64,000 bases of DNA, taken from sequence record MT446412.1; one strand, 5' to 3'. Numbering within the stretch: position 1 is the first letter of the stretch; each line of letters begins with the position of its first letter. Below the pieces are notes generated by a model. That model did no database searches, had not been told where the DNA came from, and saw nothing but the letters and a program-made list of their open reading frames with translations. Below are positions 37,365-48,106 of this stretch, one piece after another. A program made the position numbers and the translations under genes. Origin of the DNA: Escherichia virus TH41.

Positions 37365-37662
37365 GATTGAAATCTATGGTATCCCCGAAGAAGTCGGTCG
37401 ATGCCCCGGTTGTATGCACGTCAGGAGCCTTCTGGGCTCCTTAAACCTTCCTTATACATTCTATTCAGTCCTTAACAAACAAGGCTCTGAAATCGCTTAT
37501 GACAGGCCTTTAATCGTGTCTTTGGCTAAGCGTGCTGGATATCCTACCCTTAACATTCGTTACCCAGTGATTTTTGTCAATGATGAAAAAATGACCAATA
37601 TTCCTGCCTTTAAAACAAAACTGATATCCCTGGGGTATGACCAGGACTTAATTGAAGATTAA
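37345..37662 (+). CDS. nrdH: glutaredoxin-like redoxin (NrdH position)
   Basis: CPGC redox motif near N-terminus; syntenic with T4 nrdH. Confidence 0.6.
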   Translation: MDQKLTKIEIYGIPEEVGRCPGCMHVRSLLGSLNLPYTFYSVLNKQGSEIAYDRPLIVSLAKRAGYPTLNIRYPVIFVNDEKMTNIPAFKTKLISLGYDQDLIED

Positions 37663-37902
37663 AAAGGGGTGTACAAGCCCCTTTGAATGATGTATCATTA
37701 TCCCATCAACTACTGATGAGGAGAACATTATGACTATCCAAGATAAAGAAATTAAAGTCAACCAGTATTATTCAATCAACGGCAAAGCTGTTCTAGTAAC
37801 TGAAATATCTAGCCTGGATGTGTGGTATACCATAATTGACCTTAATATTAAAATGATTTGTGACCGTGGTGTATTTTGCTCGATAGCTAAGGAAATTAAA
37901 TT

Positions 37903-38157
37903 ATGAGCCTGAAATTACATTCAATGAAAAATGTCGCCACCCTTAATCTGGATGATGAGCGCCTAATTTTTATCACCGTCACTGATAAGAATATTGAAAT
38001 TGCAAATGGTCCTAAGACTTATTGTTGTCCAGTGAAGAATTGGAAACATGTAACCTTTTTGACCCTGGGTGACCGTCTGAAAGACCTTAAGTTGGATTTG
38101 GATGTCAAAGATATCCAGTACATTAAAAATCTTATTGGATACAAACTGCTGAGGTAA
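37903..38157 (+). CDS. hypothetical protein
   Basis: 84 aa. Confidence 0.45.
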   Translation: MSLKLHSMKNVATLNLDDERLIFITVTDKNIEIANGPKTYCCPVKNWKHVTFLTLGDRLKDLKLDLDVKDIQYIKNLIGYKLLR

Positions 38158-38159
38158 CT

Positions 38160-38453
38160 ATGGGTAAAACTATTCGTCGCAAAGAATTGTCTGTAAAAGA
38201 TTTTTATTATTCAGGGCGTCGTCAGGCGCCTGATGGTGTAAGTCAAGAACAAGTTGAAGAAAATATCTTCCGTTCAGACAAATGGAAGCGTATGCGTGGC
38301 GTTGATTCAGAAGTCAAGAATGAGATGAATCGTCAACTGCGTAAAGAAGTTCGTCAGTTGAAAAAAGATGTATACGTTGAGGATGATTTGGATTATAATA
38401 CTTCTCATCGTGTTGCAAAACGTAAATCAAACGAGTGTTATCGTTACAGCTGA
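38160..38453 (+). CDS. basic hypothetical protein
   Basis: 97 aa Arg/Lys-rich. Confidence 0.45.
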   Translation: MGKTIRRKELSVKDFYYSGRRQAPDGVSQEQVEENIFRSDKWKRMRGVDSEVKNEMNRQLRKEVRQLKKDVYVEDDLDYNTSHRVAKRKSNECYRYS

Positions 38454-38460
38454 GGAAAAT

Positions 38461-38658
38461 ATGAATCCACAATCTAAATTATCACAGCGAATTGCTGAAT
38501 CTCGTCGTCAGTTCTTTGAAAATATGATAGCTCAAGGTATTGATGACGAAGTTTTTCTAAACTGGTTTTGGAATCTCTATTATTCAAAATGTGCAGGAGC
38601 AATATTAATTTCTGCCGCGATGATGTATGAAGGTTGGAAAGGCGCAAAAGCGCAGTAA
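38461..38658 (+). CDS. hypothetical protein
   Basis: ATG 38461 after GAGGAAAA RBS; 65 aa. Confidence 0.45.
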   Translation: MNPQSKLSQRIAESRRQFFENMIAQGIDDEVFLNWFWNLYYSKCAGAILISAAMMYEGWKGAKAQ

Positions 38659-38730
38659 AAACCAGCGGGGTCATGGTATAATGACCCCAGGATAATAAAA
38701 TTTTAATTTAATGAGACTGAGGAATATATC

Positions 38731-39057
38731 ATGACTGCATCTATCACTAACACCATCGCTAATTTCGCATTTGCTAAAGTTAACACTCTGATGAAATCTG
38801 GTTTCGTTACCCCTGAGATTCTGGACCAGTGGGAAGGCGATGTACAGAAGCTGATTATTGCAGAAGGTCAGACAATGGGTAAAGCGCGTATTCGTGAAAG
38901 CCTTGTTCAGTATATCCTGAATGAATTTGATGTAGTAGCGTTTGGTCTGCCGCTTCCACGCGAAAACAAAGAAGTTTCTGACAAAGCCATCAAGCGCATG
39001 AACTCCCAACGTAAGAAAGGTTTTGTTGACCTGAAAATTATTAAGGGTGCGAAATGA
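38731..39057 (+). CDS. hypothetical protein
   Basis: 108 aa. Confidence 0.5.
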   Translation: MTASITNTIANFAFAKVNTLMKSGFVTPEILDQWEGDVQKLIIAEGQTMGKARIRESLVQYILNEFDVVAFGLPLPRENKEVSDKAIKRMNSQRKKGFVDLKIIKGAK

Positions 39058-39317
39058 TGTGTCCTGCTATTGAATTACCTGAAGGTGTTGCGGTAATAGT
39101 ATCATACAAACATACGTATGCTAATGGAATTCGCCGAGCTCATAAAATTAGTCAAGGTTACTATTTACAAAGGACTTTAAATTATTTCATTTCAATGGGA
39201 TATGAATTCAGAATCTATCCTATGTGTACTAAAACCAAGTACACTAAAATCGATGCTTGGGAAGCTTGGGCGGAAGGCATGACATTAGACGAATTCCTGG
39301 ACTACTTAAATGATTAA
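39054..39317 (+). CDS. hypothetical protein
   Basis: 87 aa. Confidence 0.45.
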   Translation: MMCPAIELPEGVAVIVSYKHTYANGIRRAHKISQGYYLQRTLNYFISMGYEFRIYPMCTKTKYTKIDAWEAWAEGMTLDEFLDYLND

Positions 39318-39576
39318 AATAAAACTCTCTAATTACGATAAAAACTTGGAAATGATTACTATGAAAGAAGAACTCCTGAATGATGTTCGCTTTACGGGTT
39401 ATGCAGTTCAATTTAATGGTGATGGGGTTCTCCAGATTGAAGGTGACCACTTTATTATTGAATATGAATTCCACCAATATTGGTTGTATGCTAAAGATGA
39501 AGTTGGTGGGATTGATTATATTGACCAGTTTGATAAGCTTGATGATGTTTTAGAAGCTGCTCAATTGGTGTACTGA
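39310..39576 (+). CDS. hypothetical protein
   Basis: 88 aa. Confidence 0.45.
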   Translation: MIKIKLSNYDKNLEMITMKEELLNDVRFTGYAVQFNGDGVLQIEGDHFIIEYEFHQYWLYAKDEVGGIDYIDQFDKLDDVLEAAQLVY

Positions 39577-39842
39577 TGCACATCAATCATACAATGATAT
39601 CTATCCAGGACCTGGGAACGTTTTGGGTGGATGAATTCATGAAAATAACATTCTTCCCACACGCAGAAGGGTATGGCTCTTGGGAGTCTCATATCGGCAT
39701 GTTGAATGAAGGACAATACCGCAACGAGCATGACCGTCTGATGGAATTCATTAGTGATGCCGAGGTTATCCCTTATATTGACATCCATGAATTTAAGGCA
39801 ATTATGGAGAAGGTCTTCCAGGCTTACTGTTTACTTCGCTAA
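39576..39842 (+). CDS. hypothetical protein
   Basis: 88 aa. Confidence 0.45.
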   Translation: MHINHTMISIQDLGTFWVDEFMKITFFPHAEGYGSWESHIGMLNEGQYRNEHDRLMEFISDAEVIPYIDIHEFKAIMEKVFQAYCLLR

Positions 39843-39867
39843 TGCTTTGTATCAAGGATGATATAAT
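39843..39867 (+). promoter_or_regulatory. candidate MotA-dependent middle promoter
   Basis: TGCTTTG box, 12-nt spacer, TATAAT; upstream of gene 55. Confidence 0.45.
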
Positions 39868-39890
39868 ATTCATATACTAAGTGAGGCGAT

Positions 39891-40448
39891 ATGAACGAAA
39901 TTAAATTAACCAAGAATAACTATGTAAATAATAAAGAGCTTTTGAAAGCTATTTCGGAGTGGAAACAGAAGCTGAATGCGAACACCGACCCGAACAAAAT
40001 TATTCGCCAGAACGATGTTATTGGTCTGGCGATTATGCTTATAGCCGAAGGTCTTAGCAAACGTTTCAACTTCTCCGGATATACCCAATCCTGGAAGCAA
40101 GAAATGATTGCTGACGGTATTGAGGCCGCAATAAAAGGTCTTCACAACTTCGACGAAACAAAATACGATAATCCACATGCTTACATAACAATGGCTTGCT
40201 TCAATGCTTTCGTTCAGCGTATCAAAAAAGAACGTAAAGAAATGGCAAAGAAATATAGCTACTTCGTCCATAACGTATATGATTCACGTGACGACGATAT
40301 GGTGGCTCTGGCTGATGAAACATTTATCCAGGACATCTATGACAAAATGACACAGTACGAATCCTCTTTAGTTAAAGCGCCAGGGTCTGATAAGAGCGCC
40401 AAAGATAAAGAAGGTGATTTGGATTTTTTATATGGAACATCAATTTGA
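39891..40448 (+). CDS. 55: late-transcription sigma factor gp55
   Basis: [13 protein letters not shown].....[45 protein letters not shown], near-identical to T4 gp55. Confidence 0.95.
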   Translation: MNEIKLTKNNYVNNKELLKAISEWKQKLNANTDPNKIIRQNDVIGLAIMLIAEGLSKRFNFSGYTQSWKQEMIADGIEAAIKGLHNFDETKYDNPHAYITMACFNAFVQRIKKERKEMAKKYSYFVHNVYDSRDDDMVALADETFIQDIYDKMTQYESSLVKAPGSDKSAKDKEGDLDFLYGTSI

Positions 40449-40665
40449 TATTACCGATTTTTTAGATAAAATCGAGGAAGACTTTACGGCTCTCCCATAT
40501 TTCATTAAACTTTATCTGCGAGACATAAAAGGTCTTCCAATTGATATCGACCCTTTAAACGTCCGGAATCTGGAATTTACTTCTCCGGACAATAACGTTG
40601 ATTACCGTTATCATGTGGATAATGCTAATCTATATTTTACAATTGAGTTAACTCCCAAGGATTAA
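40432..40665 (+). CDS. hypothetical protein
   Basis: ORF overlapping end of gene 55; start uncertain. Confidence 0.4.
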   Translation: MEHQFDITDFLDKIEEDFTALPYFIKLYLRDIKGLPIDIDPLNVRNLEFTSPDNNVDYRYHVDNANLYFTIELTPKD

Positions 40666-40666
40666 T

Positions 40667-40978
40667 ATGCAAGCTCCAGATATTTCTCAACTGACCGATA
40701 AGCAGATTGAAGAAGCACAGGAACGTCTCGAAGAAGCGAACGCACTCGAAGCAACCAGTCAAGCAGCGAAGATTCTGAAAAAGAATGCTCGTGAAATTGC
40801 ACGACTGAATAAGCATGCTCAAGGCGCAGTGCTGGAAAACAATTTTGAAGCATACAAATACGCTTTAGTTAAACTGCGTGGGATTTACCGCCAACCCGTT
40901 ACGGAAGACCTGATTAAGTTGATGTGGGATTCTACTCGCAAACAAATTTGGGAAATCGTAAATGGCATTAGTAAATAA
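40667..40978 (+). CDS. hypothetical protein
   Basis: 103 aa helical. Confidence 0.45.
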   Translation: MQAPDISQLTDKQIEEAQERLEEANALEATSQAAKILKKNAREIARLNKHAQGAVLENNFEAYKYALVKLRGIYRQPVTEDLIKLMWDSTRKQIWEIVNGISK

Positions 40979-41162
40979 ACCCTTTAAACGGCTTCTTATT
41001 GGAGCCGCTTTCAGACTTCGCTCATATGGTAATATCTGTATCAAGCAGACCGAAACCGAATACAAAATGATGGGCCAATATTCTGATGGTATTTTTAAGA
41101 TTGAGCCTGTAGCCAAGGTTTGGGTAGATTCTCATCAACTTAAGAAATGGTGGCAACGATGA
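40962..41162 (+). CDS. hypothetical protein
   Basis: 66 aa. Confidence 0.4.
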   Translation: MALVNKPFKRLLIGAAFRLRSYGNICIKQTETEYKMMGQYSDGIFKIEPVAKVWVDSHQLKKWWQR

Positions 41163-41384
41163 TAACATGGACAGGTGGCTAATGAACGACGAACATCCAG
41201 ATTTTTAAGAGGTCATATGAATGACGAATTCGACGGATTTTGATAAGATTAAATCTGACAAAAACGAGATGATTCTTCAATTTGAAGCTGCTCGTATTAA
41301 AGCAGAAAATGAAGGTACTATTACCTATAAGCCTATCAAGTTCAGGTCTTCTCACGAACCTCTGTACGGTGTATTAATTGGAAA

Positions 41385-41407
41385 GGAAGCCTAGTGCTTC
41401 CTTTTTT
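41385..41407 (+). terminator. Rho-independent terminator
   Basis: GGAAGC-CTAGT-GCTTCC then TTTTTT. Confidence 0.7.
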
Positions 41408-41591
41408 GCTTTATATTCGGGATGATAAAATGAACCAACTGAGGAGAGTATATGGAATTATTTTTAGGATATGTCGTGTTATTCATGGCATTCTACACAT
41501 TCACAAGAGCTTGTTGGATAGGATTCTTTTCTACTCCTGACGGGTTCATTTCAGTAATTTTATTTTGCATTGCAATAACGGTGCTTGGCTT

Positions 41592-42611
41592 ATGAAAATT
41601 TTAAATTTAGGTGATTGGCACTTAGGTGTCAAAGCTGACGACCCATGGGCTCAAAACATTCAACGCGATGGTATTTTACAGGCGATTGCATATTCCAAAG
41701 CGAATGGGATTAAAGTCTGGATTCAATATGGTGATATTTTTGACGTCCGTAAGGCCGTAACGCATAAGACGATGGAATTCAGCCGTGAGATTATGGAACT
41801 CCTTCGTGAAGCAGGAATTACTATGCACACGATAGTCGGGAACCATGACATGAATCTGAAGAATAAGATTCATCCTAATGCTATCACTGAGCTCCTGAAT
41901 AAGTATGACCATGTTAAAATCTATGATAAGCCAACGACTGTTGATTTTGACGGTTGTCAGATTGATATGATTCCATGGATGTGCGACGAGAACGCAACTG
42001 ACATTCATCAACACATCAAAACTTCTGGGGCTGAATATTGCATCGGTCACTGGGAATTAACCGGGTTTTATTTCTATAAAGGATTGAAATCCCACGGACT
42101 TGAGCCTGATTTCCTTAAGAAGTACAAGCAAGTTTGGTCTGGTCACTTTCACACAATTTCAGAAGCTGCAAACGTTAAGTACATCGGGACCCCATGGACA
42201 TTAACAGCAGGTGATGAGAACGACCCACGCGGGTTCTGGGAATTTGATACCGAAACCGAAGAGATGAAATTTATTCCGAATGAAACCACCTGGCATCGGA
42301 AGATTTTTTATCCAAACGAAACTATTAACTACGACGACTTCAAAGACTTATCAGTCCGTGTTATTGTAGAAAAAGTCGATAAAGACCTGACCAAGTTCGA
42401 ATCTGAATTAGAAAAGCGTGTACATGAATTGCGTGTTGTCAATAAGGTTGATAACAGTGTTGATACGACTGACTCCGAAGAAGAGTTAGACATAAAACGC
42501 TTAACTGATATGATGGCAGAATATATTGATGCATTACCTGACACCAATGAGAAAGAATCAAAAGCTCTTAAAGCATTGGCCAACAAATTATATCTTGAGG
42601 TGCAACCGTGA
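41592..42611 (+). CDS. 47: recombination endonuclease subunit gp47 (Mre11-like)
   Basis: MKILNLGDWHLGVKADD...GNHD phosphoesterase motifs; matches T4 gp47 start. Confidence 0.9.
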   Translation: MKILNLGDWHLGVKADDPWAQNIQRDGILQAIAYSKANGIKVWIQYGDIFDVRKAVTHKTMEFSREIMELLREAGITMHTIVGNHDMNLKNKIHPNAITELLNKYDHVKIYDKPTTVDFDGCQIDMIPWMCDENATDIHQHIKTSGAEYCIGHWELTGFYFYKGLKSHGLEPDFLKKYKQVWSGHFHTISEAANVKYIGTPWTLTAGDENDPRGFWEFDTETEEMKFIPNETTWHRKIFYPNETINYDDFKDLSVRVIVEKVDKDLTKFESELEKRVHELRVVNKVDNSVDTTDSEEELDIKRLTDMMAEYIDALPDTNEKESKALKALANKLYLEVQP

Positions 42612-42871
42612 GACTTTATGATTTTAATGAAGCGGGGCTTGAACATATCCGCGAATGTGATGTGGTTGACGACGATAATCAACCGAATACTATTAAGTAT
42701 TGGTTTGAAGCTATCACTGACCGGGAAACTGGTCAACTTATCAAAGTCTATGTAGTCACCGATTGGGCCGTAGAATTTAGCTTTAATGTAATGGAAGATG
42801 ATACTCCAGAGACATTAATCCATATGGCTGAATCATGTATCAAGGATGCTTATTATGATGAAAATGTATAA
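42608..42871 (+). CDS. hypothetical protein
   Basis: 87 aa between 47 and 46. Confidence 0.45.
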   Translation: MRLYDFNEAGLEHIRECDVVDDDNQPNTIKYWFEAITDRETGQLIKVYVVTDWAVEFSFNVMEDDTPETLIHMAESCIKDAYYDENV

Positions 42872-43070
42872 ACATGATTTTCATATTGGCGATGGCTGGT
42901 TCGGTAATGTAGAATGGGACGTGGATGGTTCTTGGTATACCGGAACTATGTATGTCACTTCTGAATATTCTGAAGGTGTTTCATGGGCCATGGAACTTGA
43001 CGACGTGTTTGCTTCTTCCGAAGAAATGCTAGAATATGCTGAACAAACAATTCGTGAGAACAATACATGA
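42846..43070 (+). CDS. hypothetical protein
   Basis: 74 aa. Confidence 0.4.
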   Translation: MLIMMKMYKHDFHIGDGWFGNVEWDVDGSWYTGTMYVTSEYSEGVSWAMELDDVFASSEEMLEYAEQTIRENNT

Positions 43071-44749
43071 AAACGTTTAAGTTAAAGAAAGTAACGTATA
43101 AAAATATTATGTCGGTAGGCCAGCAACCTATTACAATCCAACTTGATAAGGTCCAAAAGACCTTAGTCACCGGTAAAAATGGCGCTGGGAAATCTACGTT
43201 CCTTGAAGCTGTTACATTTGCTCTGTTTGGTAAGCCTTTTCGTGATGTTAAGAAAGGGCAATTAATTAACTCAAGTAACAAGAAAGACCTTTTGGTCGAA
43301 CTGTGGATGGAATATGATGGAAAAGAATACTATATCAAACGCGGGCAAAAACCCAATGTTTTTGAAATCTCTTGTGGCGGTAAACGTCTTGATGAATCTG
43401 CCAGCAGTAAAGACTTCCAAGCGGAATTTGAACAGCTCATCGGAATGTCCTATGCAAGCTTCAAACAAATTGTCGTACTCGGCACAGCTGGATATACCCC
43501 TTTTATGGGCCTATCCACTCCTGCAAGAAGAAAACTCGTCGAAGACCTTTTAGAGGTTTCTGTACTGGCCGATATGGATAAGCTGAACAAATCTCTTATC
43601 CGCGAAGTCAATAGTCAAATCCAGGTGCTGGATGTGCAGCATGATGGTATTGTTCAACAGATTAAAATCTATCAGGACAACGAAGACCGTCAAAGAAAAT
43701 TATCAGGTGATAATCTGTTGCGGCTGCAAACGATGTATGATGAACTTGCCACAGAAGCACGTGGAATCAAAACGACTATCGAAGAAGCAACGACAAGACT
43801 GACCGAGATAATCTTGGGAGAAGACCCTGAGCATGAACTCACGAAGTTAAAGCAAGAATCATTCCTGATTAAGTCGAAGATAGACGATTACCGAAAGGTT
43901 GTTGGTCTGTACGAGAAAGGTGGTTGTTGTCAGACTTGTGCCAGCCAGTTGCATCCAGGAGACCCTATTGTCGCCAGGATTGAGTCAAAGATTGAAGAAT
44001 GTAATGTATCAGCTGATAACCATAAAGCTCGCCAGAACGCTGTTCAGGAGCAATTTGATGCGTATTCTGCTGCAAGACAAAAACAACGTACAATAGCTCA
44101 AGACATTCAAACTAAGAAACAAACCTTAGTTCAGACTGTCGAAAAAGCTAAAAAGGTTAAAGCATTAATCGAGCAAGCTAAGTCAGAATTCATTGACCAT
44201 GCGGCAGACATTAAAATGCTTCAAGACCAGCTTGATAAAATAGTCAAACAGAAATCCGACCTTGTGATGGAAAAATATCAACGTGGTATCCTAACGGATA
44301 TGTTGAAAGATTCCGGTATCAAAGGTGCGATTATTAAGAAATATATTCCTATCTTTAATAAGCAGATAAATGCTTACCTTAAAGTTATGGAAGCTGATTA
44401 TAGTTTTACGTTAGATGAAGAGTTCAACGAAACGATTAAATCTCGTGGACGTGAAGACTTCAGCTATGCATCATTTAGCCAGGGTGAAAAAGCTCGTATC
44501 GATATTGCATTGCTGTTTACATGGCGTGATATTGCTGCGAAAGTATCTGGTGTTAATATTAACACCTTGATTCTGGACGAAGTTTTCGATTCAGCTACTG
44601 ATGTAGAGGGGGTTAAAGCAATTGCTACCATCCTGAACAAATTGGAAGACACCAACATCTTTATTATCAGTCACCGAGACCATGACCCGGAAGCATACGG
44701 GCAACATCTCCAGATGAAAAAAGTTGGTCGATTCACTGTTATGGAATAA
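43067..44749 (+). CDS. 46: recombination endonuclease subunit gp46 (Rad50/SbcC-like ATPase)
   Basis: Walker A GKNGAGKST, long coiled coil, C-terminal LILDEVFD; 560 aa. Confidence 0.9.
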   Translation: MKTFKLKKVTYKNIMSVGQQPITIQLDKVQKTLVTGKNGAGKSTFLEAVTFALFGKPFRDVKKGQLINSSNKKDLLVELWMEYDGKEYYIKRGQKPNVFEISCGGKRLDESASSKDFQAEFEQLIGMSYASFKQIVVLGTAGYTPFMGLSTPARRKLVEDLLEVSVLADMDKLNKSLIREVNSQIQVLDVQHDGIVQQIKIYQDNEDRQRKLSGDNLLRLQTMYDELATEARGIKTTIEEATTRLTEIILGEDPEHELTKLKQESFLIKSKIDDYRKVVGLYEKGGCCQTCASQLHPGDPIVARIESKIEECNVSADNHKARQNAVQEQFDAYSAARQKQRTIAQDIQTKKQTLVQTVEKAKKVKALIEQAKSEFIDHAADIKMLQDQLDKIVKQKSDLVMEKYQRGILTDMLKDSGIKGAIIKKYIPIFNKQINAYLKVMEADYSFTLDEEFNETIKSRGREDFSYASFSQGEKARIDIALLFTWRDIAAKVSGVNINTLILDEVFDSATDVEGVKAIATILNKLEDTNIFIISHRDHDPEAYGQHLQMKKVGRFTVME

Positions 44750-44773
44750 TGCTTTAAACAAGGATGTTATAAT
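44750..44773 (+). promoter_or_regulatory. candidate MotA-dependent middle promoter
   Basis: TGCTTTA box, about 11-nt spacer, TATAAT. Confidence 0.45.
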
Positions 44774-44783
44774 AGAGGCTATT

Positions 44784-44975
44784 ATGGCTGACTTCTTAAC
44801 CGGGCAGCATTTACTGGCTGTCCCTGAAATTAAACGGTATGTGTTAGTTAATACCTTTTCGAAAGATGAACACCTTGTTACTGAACGTGACTTACAAAAC
44901 GCTTTCGGTGAAGAATATGTTAAAATAATCGCGAACAGACACAAAGCCTGGTTCGCATATGAATACTTTGATTAA
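44784..44975 (+). CDS. hypothetical protein
   Basis: 63 aa. Confidence 0.4.
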   Translation: MADFLTGQHLLAVPEIKRYVLVNTFSKDEHLVTERDLQNAFGEEYVKIIANRHKAWFAYEYFD

Positions 44976-44999
44976 TTGATAATGAATAGAGAGAATATT

Positions 45000-45407
45000 A
45001 TGAACAACGTAACTGCTAAAGATATCCAAGTTAAAACCATCCGCACCGACGCCAACCCACATAACCAAAACCGCATCCGCAAATCCTGGGTCCTGGCATG
45101 TGATGAAGCATCTGCTACCCGTCTGCAGTCTCTGCCGCAAGAAATTAAATTCATGCTGTACGGTGTGATTGATACTGATGTATCTGATAAGTGGATTGAA
45201 CTGATGCGTAATCACTACAACGATTCACTGGCTGCTGGTGCTAAACTGGTTATCGACCGTGACGGTTCCGAACGTCTTGAAGATGATTATTGTGTTAACT
45301 CTGACGACCATCTGGTGCAAGCTGGTTCTATTATTGCTGCGCAACTTCCAGAGTATATTGAATCTCTTCCGGAAGCTATCCGCAAACAAATGGCAGTTGT
45401 TGCTTAA
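45000..45407 (+). CDS. hypothetical protein (RpbA position)
   Basis: 135 aa from ATG 45000 with GAGAG RBS; between 46 and 45. Confidence 0.45.
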   Translation: MNNVTAKDIQVKTIRTDANPHNQNRIRKSWVLACDEASATRLQSLPQEIKFMLYGVIDTDVSDKWIELMRNHYNDSLAAGAKLVIDRDGSERLEDDYCVNSDDHLVQAGSIIAAQLPEYIESLPEAIRKQMAVVA

Positions 45408-45434
45408 TTTTTGATTTGAATAAAAGGTAATTAA

Positions 45435-46130
45435 ATGAAATTCTCTAAAGACACTATCGCAGTTCTGAAAAACTTCACCTCCATTTACTCTGGCATTATG
45501 CTTAAGCCGGGTAATACCATCCTGACTCGTTCTGTAACCGGAGCGTCATATGGTGAATCTGAAATCAATGATACAATCGACTTTGAAGCTGCAATTTATG
45601 ACCTGAACGGCTTCTTAAGTATCCTGGGTCTGGTAACTGACCAAGCTGAAGTATCTCTGGCTGAAGATGCATCGAATATCATTATCAAAGACCAACGTTC
45701 AACGATTCACTGGCCTGCAGCTGACCCGAGCACTATCGTGTTCCCTGCTAAGAAGATTCCTTTCCCGGTAGCTAAGGTTATCTTCGACCTGAAAGGTAGT
45801 GACCTGCAGCAGCTTCTGCGTGTGGCTGGTGGGTTGTCTCTGGATACTTTTGCAATCACCAACAAAGACGGTAAGATTGTTATCCATGGTTATAACCAGC
45901 TCGAAGATAAAGAATTAGCACGCCCATTGTATTCCCTGGTGTGTGGCGATTACGAAGGCGATGCAGCGTTTAAATTTATCATTAACAAACTGAACATGAA
46001 AATGATTCCGGCTGATTACCGTGTTATGCTTTGGGCGAAAGATGATAAATTTGCTACGAAGTTTGAAGGCACACAAGCAAGCTATGTGATTGCAATGGAA
46101 CAAGGCTCTAGCCACGAATTCCAAGATTAA
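45435..46130 (+). CDS. 45: sliding clamp gp45
   Basis: MKFSKDTIAVLKNF..I.SGIMLK...IYDLNGFL.IL.LV...E.S...D..I.I.D.RSTI.WPAADPST closely matches T4 gp45. Confidence 0.95.
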   Translation: MKFSKDTIAVLKNFTSIYSGIMLKPGNTILTRSVTGASYGESEINDTIDFEAAIYDLNGFLSILGLVTDQAEVSLAEDASNIIIKDQRSTIHWPAADPSTIVFPAKKIPFPVAKVIFDLKGSDLQQLLRVAGGLSLDTFAITNKDGKIVIHGYNQLEDKELARPLYSLVCGDYEGDAAFKFIINKLNMKMIPADYRVMLWAKDDKFATKFEGTQASYVIAMEQGSSHEFQD

Positions 46131-46188
46131 TAAATGGGGCTTCGGCCCCATGGAGTACAAAGTAGAAACTAATATGAGGAAAATAATA

Positions 46189-47166
46189 ATGGCAACAGTA
46201 ATTAACGGTTTGACAGTCAACGAATCCGACTTCATGTGGGAACAAAAATACCGCCCAGGTACATTATCAGAGTGTATTCTCCCGGCCCATGATAAAGAAA
46301 CATTAGAGGCGATTGTTAAAAAAGGTTTGATTCCTAACTTGATTCTGGTCAGTAGTTCCCCTGGTACTGGTAAGACAACAGTTGCAAAAGCTATGTGTGC
46401 AGATACGAATTCTGATATGCTGTTTGTTAACGGCTCCGATTGCCGAATTGACTTTGTGCGTAATGAATTGACTCGCTTTGCATCATCCAAATCAATCGAA
46501 GGTCGCCGCAAGGTAATCGTTATCGATGAGTTTGACCGTGCAGGTCTGGCTGAATCACAACGGCACCTCCGTAGCTTTATGGAAGCTTATTCGAGTAACT
46601 GTTCAATCATTATGACCGCGAACAATATTGATGGCATCATCACTCCGTTGCAGTCTCGTTGTCGCGTCATTAAGTTCGGTGAAGCAACTCCGGCTGACCA
46701 GACTACCATGATGAAAGAGATGATTCATCGTGCAGTTGCGGTATGTAAAAATGAAGGCGTTGAAATCGAAGACCTGAAAGTTGTTGCTGCTCTGGTTAAG
46801 CATAACTTCCCGGACCTGCGTAAGACAATTAACGAGCTTGACCGTTACTCTGCAAAGGGTGTTATCGATTCTGGTATTCTGAGTATCGTGACAAACAATC
46901 GCACGCCAATTGATGATGTGATTGATGCCCTTAAGGACCGTAATTTTAAAGTTCTCCGTGGTCTGGCTCCTAAGCATGCAAATGATTATTCAAGCTTCAT
47001 TGCAAAGCTGGCTGATGAAATGTATGGCAAACTGACTGGTGCAAGTATCATCCGCATGTATGAGATTGTAGGTGAGAATAATCAGTATCATGGCATTGCG
47101 GCCAATACCGAAGTTCACTTGACTTATCTGTTTGCTCAACTGGCTGGGGAAATGAAATGGCTGTAA
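46189..47166 (+). CDS. 44: clamp loader large subunit gp44
   Basis: EQKYRP....CILPA.DKET...I..KG.IP..IL.S.SPGTGKTTVAKA.C.D.N.DM.FVNGSDC.IDFVR...FAS; start at RBS-supported ATG 46189. Confidence 0.9.
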   Translation: MATVINGLTVNESDFMWEQKYRPGTLSECILPAHDKETLEAIVKKGLIPNLILVSSSPGTGKTTVAKAMCADTNSDMLFVNGSDCRIDFVRNELTRFASSKSIEGRRKVIVIDEFDRAGLAESQRHLRSFMEAYSSNCSIIMTANNIDGIITPLQSRCRVIKFGEATPADQTTMMKEMIHRAVAVCKNEGVEIEDLKVVAALVKHNFPDLRKTINELDRYSAKGVIDSGILSIVTNNRTPIDDVIDALKDRNFKVLRGLAPKHANDYSSFIAKLADEMYGKLTGASIIRMYEIVGENNQYHGIAANTEVHLTYLFAQLAGEMKWL

Positions 47167-47735
47167 GTCTCTTTGATGATGACGTTCAATTAAACGAACA
47201 TGAGGTTGCGTGGAAATCACGCGACTTTAACAAAATTCAGGAATTGTCCGATTCATACAAAGAGAAAGCAGAAAATGAATTGTTCGCGATTCTTAACGAC
47301 ATAACCGTTAGCAAAAAACCACGGAACCTGATTCAATCGGAAAACTACAATAAATTCTGGCTGGATAACGCATTGAGTCAACATGTTGATTGCATCATGC
47401 AGGTGAACGTGATGAACTTAATCGGTTCCGGGTTAACAGACCAGCAGCATTATAATTATTTGCTGCATGCAGTTCCGCAAGGTAAGCGTTACGGCAAATG
47501 GGCGAAGGCTGAACCGGATGTAGTCAACGTCCAGCTTGTGCTCAAGCTTTTAATGAAATATTATACAATTAATGCAGATGATGCTTTGATGTATATGGAA
47601 ACATTGAAAGTCAAAGGTAGTCTTAAAGATGTTTTGAAAAAGACAAAAGGTCTGGTAACGGATGAATTCTTAAAGACCGTTACCAGTAATGTGAAAGAAC
47701 AAAAAGAAATTAAAAAACAAATATTGGAATGGTAA
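47157..47735 (+). CDS. 62: clamp loader small subunit gp62
   Basis: DD.QLNEH.VAW.S.D...KRYGKWAK...KGLVTD.FLK.VT.NVKEQK..KK..LEW matches T4 gp62. Confidence 0.9.
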   Translation: MAVSLFDDDVQLNEHEVAWKSRDFNKIQELSDSYKEKAENELFAILNDITVSKKPRNLIQSENYNKFWLDNALSQHVDCIMQVNVMNLIGSGLTDQQHYNYLLHAVPQGKRYGKWAKAEPDVVNVQLVLKLLMKYYTINADDALMYMETLKVKGSLKDVLKKTKGLVTDEFLKTVTSNVKEQKEIKKQILEW

Positions 47736-47736
47736 A

Positions 47737-48105
47737 ATGATTGAAATTACATTAAAGCAACCTGAAGACTTCCTGAAAGTTAAAGAAACTCTGACCCGTA
47801 TGGGCATCGCAAATAATAAAGACCGTGTGCTGTACCAGAGCTGCCACATCCTCCAAAAGCAAGGTCGTTATTATATTGTTCACTTCAAAGAAATGCTGCG
47901 CATGGATGGTCGTCAGGTTGATATTGACGGTGAAGACTATCAGCGCCGTGATTCCATCGCCCAACTGCTTGAAGACTGGGGCTTAATCGCTATCAAAGAA
48001 GAAGAGCATAATGAATTGTTCGCAGTAACAAATAACTTCCGTGTTATTTCATTCAAACAAAAAGACGACTGGAAGCTCGTAGCCAAATATACAATTGGTA
48101 ATTGA
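47737..48105 (+). CDS. regA: translational repressor RegA
   Basis: MIEITLK.PEDFLKVKETLTRMGIANNKD.VLYQSCHILQK.G.YYIVHFKEMLRMDGRQV near-identical to T4 RegA. Confidence 0.95.
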   Translation: MIEITLKQPEDFLKVKETLTRMGIANNKDRVLYQSCHILQKQGRYYIVHFKEMLRMDGRQVDIDGEDYQRRDSIAQLLEDWGLIAIKEEEHNELFAVTNNFRVISFKQKDDWKLVAKYTIGN

Positions 48106-48106
48106 T

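Noticed and set aside
45915-46511. 198-aa minus-strand ORF
   Set aside because: Antisense across the gp45/gp44 boundary, both of which are confidently identified on the + strand.
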